This document shows positions 50,917 to 64,000 of a DNA stretch of 64,000 bases, piece after piece. The position numbers were made by a program, and so were the translations under genes. Positions within the stretch are counted from its first letter, which is position 1. Each line of letters starts with the position of its first letter. Under the pieces are notes generated by a model. That model was not told the origin of the DNA. It saw only the letters and a list, made by a program, of their open reading frames with translations, and did no database searches. The stretch comes from Phaeosaccion multiseriatum (taxonomy: Eukaryota > Protista > Ochrophyta, other classes). Location: positions 186,001 through 250,000 of the forward strand of contig OZ218958.1 of assembly GCA_965112735.1 (NCBI GenBank). Direction: 5' to 3'.

Positions 50917-53900
50917 TCAGGATGGCCCGGGGTACGACCCCCGGGGCAGCAGCAGCAAGTAGCACGTCAGCGCCACGGCCATGCTCGCGGCCGCTGTAGG
51001 CGCTAGTCTGCGCCCTGCACCCCCCTCGGGATCTCCGTTTGCCCCTCGGGGAGTGATTTCCGCGTTGTCATCTTCATCTCCCGCTACCGACTCGTCCGTC
51101 GTCGTCGTCGTCGCCTCTGAGGGTGCTGGTGAAGGACCAGCCCCTCCTTCTCCTCCTTCTTCCTCTTCTTCTTCCTCTTCTGGTCCTTCTTCTCTGGGAG
51201 TGCTTGTCGGTGAAGGCGGCACCGGGCTGGGGGGCAAGGTGTCTCCTGCGCTCAAAGCCGAGCAGCAGGTGGCGTTTTAGGCGGCGATACAGCAGCAGCA
51301 GCAGTTGGTGATACAGTAGTCGGAGTTAGGGGAGATGTCGAAGCTCTTCAGTTGCTGAGGGAAGACAAAGAAACGCACGCGCCTTTCTCAGACAGAAAGA
51401 CACACCCACACACACAGCGAGAGAGAAAGACACACACCACACACACACATCCACACACATCCACACACATGCACTAACCCGCCGCCGTCGTCGGAGGATC
51501 TGGCCGAGGATTGAACGGCGCGTACACACTGGGGCAGAACTGATCCATCGTCACAAGGGGGAGGCGCGCCCCGTCTTCACATTCGCCCGAGGCCGTAAAG
51601 GCACAGCCGTCCCCGGAACAGTCGTCGTTGAGGTTCGACCGGCTGCAACATTCGCAGTCATATCGGCACAGCTCGACGGGCTGCTCGGAGAGGGAGCATG
51701 CCGAGCCAGGCAGCCAGGCGGAAGAGGAGCACGGGCATGTGGAAGGGTTCGACGGGTCCGCCACTGGGAAGGCGAGAGGGACGGGGGGGGGGGGGGAAGA
51801 GGTGGGGGAGGGAGGGAGGGAGGGAGGGAGGGAGGGAGGGAGGGAGGGAGGGAGGGAGGGAGGGAGGGAGGGAGGGAGGGAGGGAGGGAGGGAGGGAGGG
51901 AGGGAGGGAGGGAGGGAGGGAGGGAAGGAGGGACGGAGGGAGGAAATGAGACGGAGGGAGGAAATGAGAGGGCGGGAGAAGGAGTGGGAGTGGCGGAGGC
52001 CCGCCCAGAAGTGGAAGGGAGCAAAGACATGCCTGAATACAAGGTGGTGATGAGTGAGGACATGCCTGAATGCGGGGTGGTGATGAGTGAGGAGGGGGGC
52101 AGGGCAGTTACGCATGCTTTCTTTCGCTCTAATCTCTCTCCCTCACTGTCACACGTCCCCCCCAGGGGTCTCTCCCTCCCCGCGTCTCACTTTGTCCATC
52201 CTCCGCGCAGGACTGGAATACGGACAGCCGACAGCCTCTGTTGTAGTGCCTCCACCACGCCTCCCCCTCCGGGTTCGGGGTGTAAGTCTCGGTCTGACAA
52301 CCGTTCGAGCCCACCACCTTTGGACACAAGAGAGAGAGGGGGGGAGGGAGACGGAAGAGAGGAGGAGCAATGAGTGAGTGTGGCAGTCAGTTGACCCTCG
52401 GCTTGAGGAAATAAGTGCATTGTTCTCAGAGCAGTGCACGCCTCTATCCACAACAAGCGAGGCGCACCTGCCCTACTTCTTCCCTCCCTCCTCCTCCTCC
52501 TCCTCCTCCTCCTCCTCCTCCTCCTTCTCCTCCTCCTCCTCCTCCTCCTCCTCCTCCTCCTCCTCCTCCTCCTCCTCACCTCCTCCTCGCACTCCGTATC
52601 ACGGGCCTCATCGGCTTTGCAAGCCTGCGATACAACGCGCTGGAAGATGGCGTGATTGACAATGTGCGGAGAGTGCCCGAGGATGTCCGCAGGCCGGTTG
52701 GGCGATGAGAGACCCGCGGTGCCTTCCAGGTTGAGGTACAGCACTTCGTTCTCCGCCGCCAGCTGTGAAAGTCGACATTGGAGCCATTGTGATGGGGGTG
52801 GGTGGGTGGGTGCGTGCATGGGCCAGTGAGTGGGTACGTGGGGGGGTATGGGTTGCTGCTGAGTCGGTCCAGGAGCGGTCCTTTGTACGCTTTGATGTTG
52901 ACTATGGAGGCCGCACACACACACATACATACACATACATACATACGCATACAAACAAATATAACATACACACAAACACACCCATGCACACACACATGCA
53001 CGCACACCCACACCCACCTAGCCACACACACACACACACACACACAGATGCACACCCACGCACACACACACACAGATGCACACCCACGCACACACACCTC
53101 CTGTATGATATCGTCCATGCGATTGAGGAAGTCCCCCCTCCTCCTCACCCCCACCATGACGGGCACGGCGTTGGGCATGTCCTCGACGAGCCGCTCGAGC
53201 ATAGCGGAGTACTTGTCTCGGAAGTAAGAGAGTGCTGCTGTCCTTCCCTCCTCTCCCCGCCCGCGGAAGGCTCGCACCTCGGCGCTCTCGGGGGAGGGGA
53301 ATGTGTTGCAGGCGTTGTCCTTGCCGGTGATACATAGATCGTACCTAAGGTGTGCGTGGGAGGGAGGACATTGTGAGTGTCAGGACGGGCGTGTGGCACA
53401 GCGTGTCAGTGTGTGAGTCAGTCAGTCTGTCAGTCAGGAGGGCAGCACGACAACTCCTCTTTCCGCGCTTTCCGTGGCAGCCCACGCCGAAGCCGAAAGG
53501 AGACGGGACACAATGACAGAGAAAAGAGTTTGCACCCTCCCACACACACACACCTATGTGTGTGCACACATGCACGTACCAGTAGCCGACATAGATGACC
53601 ACGTAGGCTCTGTCGTCAAGTCTACCCGCCGCCTGCAGCAGGTCCAGTTGTTGGTGCATCATGCCCGGAGACACAGTTGCCACGGTCACCAGGCTCACGA
53701 CCCCTGCCTGCCGCTCAGCTTGGCTGCGAGACAAGACGCCCTCACAGGCGGGGGTAAGGTACTCGCTGGCCTCTCTGTCCACAACCCCCGACTCGGAGTC
53801 GCTTAGCACGAGCTTCAGGCAGTCGTCCATGGGGTCTCTCTTGCCGCGGGGCCGCCCCTCGAAGGCCCACTGCTCGTAGTCAAGGTCCATGTCGTAGCGG

Positions 53901-55151
53901 AAATCCATCTGAGGGAGGGTGGGAGGGAGGGGGGGAGAGAGAGAGGGAGAAGGGGAGGAAGAGAGAGAGGGAGGGAGGGAGAGGTAAGGCAAAGGGGGGG
54001 GGGGACGGAGAAACGGAGAGAGGGACAGGAAGGTGAGCCACATCCTTGCTTTAAGTCCGTTTGGGTCACTTTGGCAGTGAGGACGAATGCACTGAAACTG
54101 TGCGCTGCTCACTCACCCAGGGAAAGACGCTCACAGGCACCGTCTGCAGAGCCGAAGACCCGAAGAAGTACACGGTGTCTGGCGGGGAACGCACACGCAC
54201 CAGCGCACACAGACGCACGAGGAGGAGGAGGAGGAGGAGGAGGAGGAGGAGGAGGAGGAGGAGGAGGAGGAGGAGGGCCTGAGGTTTATATGGCACCCGC
54301 AAGCTGAGTCACGCCTACCGCCTCGATGTCTTCCCCACGACATCTCTCTCACCGATTCTTTCGTCGACGAGGCACTGCACCACCTCCTCCTGCGTGTAGT
54401 AGTGAAAGTGGCACGTGTGCTCGCCTGCAGAGAAGAGAGGAAGGAAGGGAGAGAGGAGGAAGGAAGAAGGAGGAGGCATGAGGACAGAGACAGACAGTGA
54501 CGAGAGCCCTCCCTTCATCCCCTCTCTTTCTGTCCCTCTCTTTCTGTCCCTCTCTCTCTCTGTCCCCCCCCCCCCCCTCTCTCCTTCTCTCTCTCTGTCC
54601 CTCTCTCTCCCTCTCTCTGCCGATCTGTCTACCCTCGGGGCTCAAGCTCGAATCCCTCGCTGCGCTGCCCAACATAAGATATTCATCCGATACATGAGAC
54701 TTGTTGCTGCTCACTATAAGATATTCATCCGAGACTTGTTGCTGCTCACCCGTGAGCTCAAACGTGTTGCATATCTCTGTGCCTTGATCATCCACATTGC
54801 AGCGGTACTGCCCTGCGTCGGCCGTGTTGGCGCAGCGAGGAGTGCAGCCTTCTCGAAGGTTCGGCTCCGGCACCACCGCCGCAGTCTCATCTTGCCCTGT
54901 GGCGTGGCATGGGGCAGCAAGCAACGAAAGCACGGAAGTCAGAGCGACGGCTGCCATACCAGAACGGTAGTTGATCAGCGGCGGGTAGTCCAGCGATAAT
55001 CACCCCCCCCTCTCATCGTCGGGGTCAGTAATGGACCCCTCCCCCCCCCAGTCGTGCATTGGGAGTGGCGTAGCGGGGACTGCTCACCTTCAACCCGCTG
55101 GAGGCGAAGCAGGGCGCCGACGATGACGACACACACCACGACGAACTTCAT
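50917..55151 (-). CDS. Secreted SGNH/PC-esterase-like protein, paralog A, with Cys-rich domain, Pro/Thr/Glu stalk and possible GPI signal
   Basis: Signal exon 55151-55088; PEPNLREGCTPRC; CHFHYYTQEEVVQC; VYFFGSSAL; VVIYVGYWY; DILGH...NHAIFQR; hydrophobic C-terminus AAASMAVALTCYLLLL. The gene is clear from paralogy; the family is inference. Confidence 0.7.
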
Positions 55152-56792
55152 TCTAGTCCTGCTACCTCTCACGGGAGCTGCTGAAGACGTGCGATACCTC
55201 GCCAACACCCTCACCGCTCGTCAAGCATACACCCTCTCATCTCCGCATCTGGTTCTCTATCATCGGCTTATCTCTTGCGCTCTGTTCTCGCGTGGCGAAG
55301 AGTGCGGGAAGATGTAGTGCTAAAAAGTGGAAGAACCCTGGCCCGCTTTAACGTAAGAACCGTAAAATGCACACCTCCCTGCAGTGCACGACTCCTCTCT
55401 TCTCTCTCCTAAAGCGTGGGCCAGCACACCATGGGTCGGACTGTGGATTAAGCGATTCGGGCAATTGCCCAAAATTACTCTTAGGTGGATTCCAGATGGC
55501 ACTTCGTGGCGGGACCAGTGGCATCGTGGAGCATATGCTACGACGAGCGAAATGGGAGCGAGAATGGGGCTTGGCTATGGGTGTGCTGTTGCTATCGATC
55601 GTTCAGCAGGGTGCTATCTGGCTGCCATCGCCGGCAGCCGAAGCTGAACAATCGCACACTTTTGTTGCCGAAAGGCGGGTGGAGCGGCCGTGGCTGCTTG
55701 CTGCGCTCTCGTGCCTGCTGCCTCGCGTGTGGCCCTCTCCATGCGGCCTTCCGTCATCGCTTCGGGGAGCGTACTTTCTGCCATCGACATTGGGCCGCCA
55801 GTGTCAGCTGTGAGCCGACGTGCCGTATGCCCTTGCCCGAGCCATAGAGCATGCAGGAAGTGGCGTGTCAGGGTCGATCAGGACTAGGAGTGAAAGGGGA
55901 GACCGGGCGGGAGAGAGCGCCAGCAGTCAGGCAAGGTGTGCTTTCTGTTTTTCTCCTATTCCATGGGCAACGTTACGCGGCGTGTCATGTGCTTTTCTAT
56001 GGGCAGGAGGGTGCGTCAGCCCGGAGGGGGGGTTGCGGGTGCTGTAGGGTGGATGACAGTGGATGACAGTGGATGGCAGTGGATGGCAGTGGATCTGATA
56101 TCGGCACGTGCCCACCTGCATGGTGCAGGACCCCCTTGCTGTTGACAATTTCGTGGTAGCGCGTCAGAGCCGAGCATGGACATGCCCCCCGACAACAAGC
56201 TTCAGTCGACCATGGACAAGAAGGTTCACAGAACTCACAATTTTGTCGGGTGCCGAACGGCACCCACAGGGGAGAGAGTCTACAGAAAGCGCCAGAGAGT
56301 GGTTATTGCATAAACCCTAATTGTATTTCTTTCTAATTTTAATATTGATTCTTACTTGTACCTCCTCCGACGCACTATTCGCGAAGAGATAGCTGAGAGT
56401 GCGTGGGGTGGGGGGTGGGATGGGGTTGAGGTGCGGATGGCCGGAGAAAACGAGGAGGAAGGAGGAGGTACAGAACAGTCAGTAGAAAGGCGGCTTCCTC
56501 TCATGAATTCCCGAATAATGAGCGAGGTGTGGAGCAAAATAGGGGGGGAGAGGAGGGAGGGAAGAATATGTTTCCCTCCAAAACCTCAACCTCTGCCTTC
56601 CATTAAACTACAACCCAAAAGTAATCTTCGATCTTCGGGTTTGAGAAAGAGCCCCCGAATCCGTATCACGGTGCCTGTGCGCAGGGACTGCTCCCACTGT
56701 TGCTCTGCTCCCTCTTGCTGTGTAGGTGCACAGGGAGGAGGTAGATAGAGAGGAGAGAGAGTCGAGGGAGGGAACTGAAGGTGCCGAACAAC

Positions 56793-59700
56793 ATGGCCCC
56801 TTCAAGCTTACAGGCAGCTCTCTTTGGGATGCTGTTCGCCAAGAACCTCCAAGGTGAGCGGCAGGGGGGAAGGGAGTGGGCGCACTTGAAAGGGAGAAGG
56901 AAAGAGGGGCTGGTGAAGTCTACCGGGATGGAACAAGGATATATAGTCCCCTGTGGCTGGGCTCACAGGCTCCCTGTCTCCCAGCACTGCCTGAAGAATA
57001 GTAGGGGCTTCGCTTTTGTACGAGCCTCAAACAGGAGTCTCAGAAAGGAAAGCGGCGGCAGCAGCAGCAGCAGCAGCAGCAGCGGCAGCGGCGGCGGCGG
57101 CGGCCAGGAGGCCCCGTCTCCTCGCCTCCATGCCCTTGTGCCCTGCGTGGGCTGAGCAACGCTTCACACTTGACCTGGACTGGTCCCTTTCTGGCCCCCT
57201 GCTTGCCCACCCTCCTGCTCCCCTCCATGATGTACCCCCCCTCAGTGAATGGGATTGAAGTCGTGTCCGTCATCCCCGAGCCCAACATCAGGGGGGGCTG
57301 TACCCCGAGGTGTTCCAACACCGACGACGTGGGCCTCTACCGATGCGACACCGACATCAACGGAAACAGCCTCTGCAACACCTTCGAGCTCGAGGGTGAG
57401 CCCTCCTCTCCCTCTCTCTCGCACACAAGTCATGGGGGTAGCCTTAACCTTTTCTTGCCTTTTCTTGTCTGTCAGGCGAGCACACGTGCCACTTTCACTA
57501 CTACACACAGACGGAGGTCGTTCAGTGCATGGCGGAGAAACGTGAGTGACACCTCTGGTCCTCCTGCAGGAGGCTATAGACACATTCTTTTGAAGGGTAA
57601 AGGGCCCTGCGTGTGCACGTTATGCCCTCCCTCCGCAGGCTCTCTGCCTGTCCCTCCGTCGATGCCCCCTCCTCCCCTCAGGGGGGCACTTTTGTCTCAT
57701 CCTCTTCCTCTCCCCATCTCTCTTGCTCTCTCCAACTCAGTCTCCCACCCCTCCCCCATCTTGTCCATCACACCTTGCCAGACTCTGTCGAAGGCGAAGC
57801 CCCGTACTCGCTCATCGTGATGGGCTCCTCCCTCCTTATGGGGGGCGTCTACGCCACCTTGCCATGGGTGAGTGAGGTGGGGTGGATGCGAGGAGCTCGA
57901 CTCTTTCGTCTTGAACACTGTTCACAAGATAGTCAACCCCCCCCCCTTCACGCAGTCCTCTAAAGAGGGGTGGCAGCCTTATGCATACCTTAAGAGGGGC
58001 GCTCACAGAAAGGAGCCACGCGCTGTTGCTCTCCCTGAAATGTGGAAACATCGACGGGAGCGAGCGAGGGGAGGCGAACAGCACAATCAGCCATGTACCC
58101 TCTCTCGCGCTCTGTGGCTCCCGCTGACCGGCCCCTCGTATACGCTCCTCCTCACCTCTCTCTCTCCTTTGTGTATTCGAACAGCTCGACTTTCAGTTCG
58201 AGACGGACTTCGACTACCAAACCTGGGTGTTCGACTCGCCGCCAGATCCATCCATCAGCCAAAACCCCATGGACATCTGCGCGCAGATGGTGCTGGATGT
58301 CAACGGATTGGTGGATAAGAAGGCCGAGGTCAACTACCAGGCAGGCTGCATGCAGGTGGGTTTTGGTGAAGGTGGCGTGCTTGTTCTATCTGAGGAAAGG
58401 TATAGTGCTTCCCGTGTATGTATCACCGTTAATGAGTTCGCCCCCTCTCTCTCATTCTCTCCCTCCTCCTCCCTCTCCCCCATTTTTGCCTTCTGGCCCG
58501 CCCACCCCGGCGTCTGTCGCCACCTCTGCCTCCGCAACAGGTGTACGAGCACAGCCTCGGTGGCGATGGTTCCTTCCTGGGTGACGCAAGCATTGTGTGG
58601 TCCTCCGCTCTGTCGCCGGACATGCTGGACCTTCAACTGGACATACTCGCGGGTGCAGGACGCCGGAACGACCATGGTGACATGGTGATTTACATCGGCC
58701 TGTGGTATTTGCTTTGATGCTTTGAGAGCAGAGGGTGGTGGAGCGGTCGGTGCGCCCTTGTTCCTGGAAATAGAATGCATCGTGTTCAACGAATCCCCAG
58801 CCACCCCAACTCCTTCCTTCCCCCTGCCTCCATGACCCCCCCCTTACCCCTGCTTCTTCTCCTGCGATAGTCCTGTCCTCTTGTTGCCTGCCCGAACATC
58901 GAACATCCTGTCGTCTTGCCTCCCCTCCCCTCCCCTCCTCCACACCGCCCAGGTATACCTTCTGCTTCCAGGGGCTGCAGTGGGCGTGTAACGCTCAATT
59001 CGAGGGCGCCACTCTGCAGGCCTTGAGCTCGGAGCCGTTTTCCGTGCAGACGGAATATTTCGAGACCAAGCTCACGGCGGTGGTGCAGCGCATCGTCACC
59101 GACTTCCCCAACCTCGACCTCACCCTCTCCGGCCTGAGGAGGTACTCCGAGTACACGAGAACTTTCGATGACGTCATTCGACAAGTAAGTGTAGAGGGGT
59201 TGGAACGGTCCCAGTTTCCTGGACACCTTCAGTTTCTTGAGTTGGGGGGGGGGGGGGGGCTGGACAATTTTATTTGCTTGAGCGTACGGTGACGTATGCG
59301 TGTGCGTACTTGCGTGCGTGCGGATGGGCGGATGGGCGGGCGAGCGGGCGGCTGGATCGCAGGAGAAGCCTCCTCTCTTCCTCTCTCCTTCCCCGCCTCA
59401 CTCGTCCGCCCCTTCCCCTCCCTCCCAAGATTGCTGCGAACTTCGGCCTCAGCTACCTCAACCTGGATGGAACGGCACAGGGCAGGCCCAACCAGCCCTT
59501 CGAGCTCGACGGTCACCCCTCCGCTATGGTGAACCATGCTATGTTCCAGCGCCTCATGTCTTCAATCTGTGAGGGCAGCAGCATCGCGGAGCCACGGGAG
59601 TGCGAGGAGCAGGTGAGTGAGTGAGTCAGTCAGTCAGTCGGTCAGTCGGTTGGTCAGTGCAGGCAGTGAAGCGATGCAAAGAGTTTAAGACTGTTCTAGA

Positions 59701-61537
59701 GGGAGAGAGGAGTGGCGTGGCGTGTTCGTCAGGCGTGCAAGTCAGTCAGTCAGTCAGTCAGTCAGTCGGTCAGTCAGTCACTCAGTCAGTCGCGCTGTGA
59801 TGCATCGCACCTCCTCACGTCTGCACCCCCCCCCTCCCCCTTGAACACACGCCAACTCACCAACTCATGCACTCGCCAGGTGGTTGGATCTCCCGGCTGC
59901 CAAAGCGAGACTTACAGCGACAACCCGGACACCCGAGAGTGGTGGGACCAATACGACCGTGGCTGCATCTACGAGGCTTTTACATCCCCTCTCACTGGCG
60001 ACACACCCCCACCCACCCCCACGGGGACGAGTCCCCCTACGTCGAGCCCCCCCACGCTCCCCCCCACGCCGGAGATCAACGACCCGACGTGTCCCTTTGG
60101 GGCGCCCAATGTCTTCGTCAACCCCGGGGTGGAAGGCAGCCTCGCCTCGTGGGAGTTCTTTGCGGCTGGTTCTGTGGGCTCTATTACTTACGTGAGCGAA
60201 GGTGATGGTGGGGCGCGCTTTACCATCAACACACCCGGGAGTTCGGACTGGCAGATGCAAATTTATCAAGTGCTTCCCATTTCGGAGCTGACGCTGGGCG
60301 AAACCTTCACTGTGAGTTTCGACATCACCGCCGACGCCAACCGGCAGATCACCACCTTCATTCAGCAGTACGAGGCCCCGTACTCGCCCTTTGTGAGTGC
60401 TCCTTGTATCGTTGGCCCCACGGTGTCCACATGCACCGTCAGCGCGACGTTACGACCCTCGCGTCCCCCGTCAAGTTCGGGGTTCAAGGCGCCTTGTCCA
60501 ACGTCGACTTTACGATGCTTGGGGGTTTGTTGTGCCGGGCTGATGGAGCCCCCACTACTCCGGCACCTGTACCTGCCACTGAAGCACCTGTACCGCCAAC
60601 TGTGGCCCCAACCGTAGCACCAACACCACCTCCAACTGAAGCGCCGGTAGCGGAGACGGAACCGCCAACTGTGGCCCCAACAGTAGCACCAACACCACCT
60701 CCAACTGAAGCCCCGGTAGCGGAGACGGAACCGCCAACTGTGGCCCCAACCGTAGCACCAACACCACCTCCAACTGAAGCGCCGGTAGCGGAGACGGAAC
60801 CGCCAACTGTGGCCCCAACCGTAGCACCAACACCACCTCCAACTGAAGCGCCGGTAGCGGAGACTACTCCCTCTCCTGTCCCTGCAGGGAGGACGTGCAG
60901 CGACGGCAGCACGGGGGTCCTCGTCAACACGTACTTCGACGAGGGGCTCTCTGGGTGGACCGGGTACGTGAGGTCTGGCAGCACTCTGGTGGCCTCGTTT
61001 GTCGCCGCAGACGGCGCGGTGACGTTCGACATCGAAGCTAGGGGAAACAGAAGAGACGACATGCGGGTGAGTAATGACAACGGGGCTTTGTTCCGTTTCG
61101 GCGTGATGCAGAGTGTCACTCTCCCTTCCTTCGGGGTTTGGCGCCACCATCCTGCCTTCCTGTCTGCCCTGCGTGCCCATCTTACCACCCCCTTCTGCTG
61201 GCTCTCACACAACCCCGGCGTTCCTCCGCCCCCCGTCATCCTTCCCCAGCTGTACCAAGCGGTGCCGAGGGCGGACCTGGAGCTGGGGTCCACCTATACC
61301 CTCTCGTTCACCCTCCGTGCCGTGTCCGAAAGGGACGTCCAATTGTTGGTTGGACTCCAAGACAGCCCAAGATCATACTACGCCCGCCAGAGGGTCACCA
61401 TCAACTCCCAGGAGGCCGTTTACACGCTAAGTACGGAGGTGTTCGACGCGGGTGCGGCCATTCTGTTTGGCGTCGAGGGGGGGCGGGATGATGTCAACTT
61501 TACCGTGGAAGACGCCCTGCTGTGCCCGGGAACCTGA
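56793..61537 (+). CDS. Secreted SGNH/PC-esterase-like protein, paralog B, with two CBM4_9-like carbohydrate-binding modules; 1-nt frameshift at ~60444
   Basis: Same exon series as paralog A (PEPNIRGGCTPRC; CHFHYYTQTEVVQC; IVMGSSLL; VIYIGLW; ELDGHP...NHAMFQR; GCQSETY...WWDQYDRGC); modules NPGVEGSLASW...WQMQIYQ...LGETFTVSF and NTYFDEGLSGW...LYQ...LGSTYTLSF. Confidence 0.75.
60593..60866 (+). repeat. Coding tandem repeat, 69 bp x4 (PPTVAPTVAPTPPPTEAPVAETE linker)
   Basis: Four near-identical units between the two CBM-like modules. Confidence 0.95.
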
Positions 61538-62570
61538 GCTACCACTGCCTCCTCCCTCCCTTCTCTCCCTCCGGGGCGCAAATAGCTGTGGGCCTTGGAC
61601 AAGGATATTGTATACTGGATCTGTAAGGCGCAGTTCGATACCGCTCTCATAGCCTTATCACTCGCCTGCTTATGTATCTTTTACAAAGGGTCTGGCTAGA
61701 CGAGGAGGAGAAAGGGGGCCAGCAGCAGGCGTTGCTTGTTGTTGCTCGGTGGTGCGGGTGCCAGCCAAGTATGAGCAATGGCGCGGGCTGACGGGGCTAG
61801 CTAGGGCAGGCTCAGAGAGAGGGACGGAGTGACCAAGCAATCTGTACAGTAGTAGTAGTAGGGAGTAGAAGAAGGAGAAGAGGGAAGAAGGAACAGGGGC
61901 AACCAGGGGAAGGGTTGGGGGGGTTTAGGATCAGAGTTGTCCAGAGAGACAGAGGGTGAAATAGCGCCTGTCCTAGCCAGGCATGACTGAGAGTTCAGCA
62001 ACACCTGCGCAGGAGGAGGCGGGAGGCAGCGAGGGAGGGGAGGCCGTCTGGAGCGCAGCAGGCAGGTGCGCAGATGGGGCATCTCCCTTATCTCCTTGCG
62101 TAGGAGTCAGCCCAGGGAGGAGGCCGTTTGAGAGTAACATGTCGGCCTCTGTGCCGTAGCGTGCCCACATGCCTTCGCCAGGCAGGGACCGGACTTCCTT
62201 CTTGTACAGTACTGAGAGGGGGGGGGGGGAGGGAGGGACATTCCGATAGCTAGCTCAAAGCACCACCCCCCCCTATCCTACGGCCCTACAGACAATCCGA
62301 CACATCCTCCTCGGCGTATCATAGACGTACAGTACAGTGGGAAGGTGTGTGAGAGAAGTGAGGAGTGTGAGAGGGAAGGAAAAATGAAAAAGGCGGGGAA
62401 AAAAAGAGTTTCCGTTTCATGGCGGCGCCGCCAAAATTTATAAATTTATCATTTCTTCCAAGGGCGGGCCGATGTGTGGGGCCACATCACTTTAAGAAGC
62501 TTTCATGGCAGGCTTTCCTTAAAACGCAACAGGAAGCGGTTCAAGGGGCAAAGAGCAACACTGCGGGGAG

Positions 62571-64000
62571 ATGGCGACGTTCTCCTTCGCAGCGTTCCTG
62601 CTGCTGTTGCTGGCGCCCAAGAACTTCTACGGTAAGATAAGGAGTCACGGGGAATCCTCCTGCGTGCTTGAGGTGCAGTGACGAGGACGCAGATCTGTCG
62701 TTGGCCTTTCGTGCCCTCTCCGTCTCCCAGCTCTGCAGAATACGGCCCTAGGACAAGATGTGGTCTCACAAATGGAAACCAAACCGAGCAACCTTCCTTC
62801 GTGTAGATAATCGTGTGCCCCTGTACCCTCCCTCCTCCTAAGAGCTACGCTTCTAACACACCTGGCCGGCTGGTTCCTTTCTGACGCCCTGCTTGGCCAA
62901 CCTCCTGCTCCTCTCCTTGTTCCCTCCCCTCCTTAGTTGATGCTGGGGTCGAACTCGTTGCCGATATTCCCCAGCCCAACCTTCGGGGGGGTTGCACACC
63001 GCGCTGTTCGAACACCGTCGATAATGGCCGGTACAGATGCGATGTTGATGTCGACGGGAACAGGCTCTGCAACACTTTCGAGCTCTTGGGTAAGCCCTTC
63101 TCCTCTCTCTCTCTGTCTGTCTCTGTCTCTCTCTTTGCCTGGAGAGGCGCTCCCTCCCTGCACCCCACCTTGACCGTCGCCTAAGTCATATGACCCGTCC
63201 GTTGTTTGTGTTTGCTTGCAGGGCCGCACACGTGCCACTTTCACTACTACACTCAGAGCGAAGTCGCTCGGTGCATGGCGGAGAAACGTGAGTTACACCT
63301 CTGGTCCTCGCTGTGGACATACGTCTTTGAGGGGTTGAGGGCTCTGCTTGTGCAACTCTCGTCCTCCCCAGGCCCCCTCCCTCTTCCTCACCCTTAGCTC
63401 CTTCTCCACCTCCCTCTCTCTCTCTACCTCTCTCCCATATCTCTCTCTTTGTCTCTCGTCTGACCAGGCCCCCCTGGTCAAAGGGCCCCCTTCAACTACA
63501 TGGTGTTTGGCTCCTCCATCCTCATGGGCACGCTTTTTGCCGCCGCACCGTGGGTGAGTGAATTGGCATTCCAGCTGGAGCGCTTTGTCCCTACATTTCA
63601 AAGATGCTGTGCGGTTTCGTCCGACAGGGAGGTGTCCCTCCCTTCCTTGAACAGCCCTTCCCAATCTAATGCCAAACCCAAGGAGGGGCAGCCCTTCCCA
63701 ACCCAATGCCAAACCCAAAGAAGGAGCCACGCGCAAGTGCAATCCCGCACCGACCCACCCTCTGCCGCTCCGTGGCGGGCCCCTGCTGACCGACCCGTCG
63801 TCGCTCCTCCTCACCTCTCTCTCCCTCCTTTATGTATTCGAACAGCTCGACTATCAGATTGACTCTGATTTCGACTATCAAGACTGGATGTTCGACTCGC
63901 TGCCACCAGGCTCCATGCCCGAAAATGTCATGAACAACTGTGCGCAGCTGGTGCTGGATATCAACAACGGCGTGGTGGATAAGAAGGCCGACTTCAACGG
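62571..64000 (+). CDS. Secreted SGNH/PC-esterase-like protein, paralog C (3'-partial)
   Basis: Exon 1 62571-62631 MATFSFAAFLLLLLAPKNFY; then PQPNLRGGCTPRC, HTCHFHYYTQSEVARC, MVFGSSILMGT, DFDYQDWMFD; same intron positions as paralog B. Confidence 0.75.

Noticed and set aside
55367-56320. ORFs and gtggatg(a/g)ca repeats between paralogs A and B
   Set aside because: No recognisable domain or consistent splice structure.
56312-56320. aaaccctaa telomere-like motif
   Set aside because: Single unit, expected by chance.
61973-62330. Possible small minus-strand exon (LYKKEVRSLPGEGMWARYG)
   Set aside because: A plausible acceptor exists but no supportable gene model or homology.

Overview
Eukaryotic, GC-rich, intron- and microsatellite-rich DNA. 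It is most likely a photosynthetic stramenopile (ochrophyte); this is inferred from signal peptide + 'G|FMP' bipartite plastid presequences. Most ORFs in the track are intron or low-complexity noise, so the genes below were rebuilt by hand from GT/GC-AG junctions. In order: a 5'-truncated low-complexity gene resembling a fungal-type transcription factor; WrbA/FQR quinone reductase; a secreted Cys-rich protein whose Pro/Thr linker grew by exon duplication; a 7TM-RGS gene; two ~6.3 kb copies of an [adenylate kinase + FRO ferric reductase] cassette, separated by a nest of MITEs and a chromodomain Ty3/gypsy element; a plastid adenylate kinase fused in frame to a full PLGG1/LrgAB transporter; ORMDL; and three paralogous secreted SGNH/PC-esterase-like genes with different C-termini. 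The most striking signals are the AK-PLGG1 fusion with its truncated AK-only derivatives, a dispersed CAGTTGGTGATACAG micro-motif in exons and non-coding DNA, a family of TTCG-ended MITEs associated with short repeats, and the esterase-CBM cluster. All family calls come from recognising motifs by eye; no database search was run.
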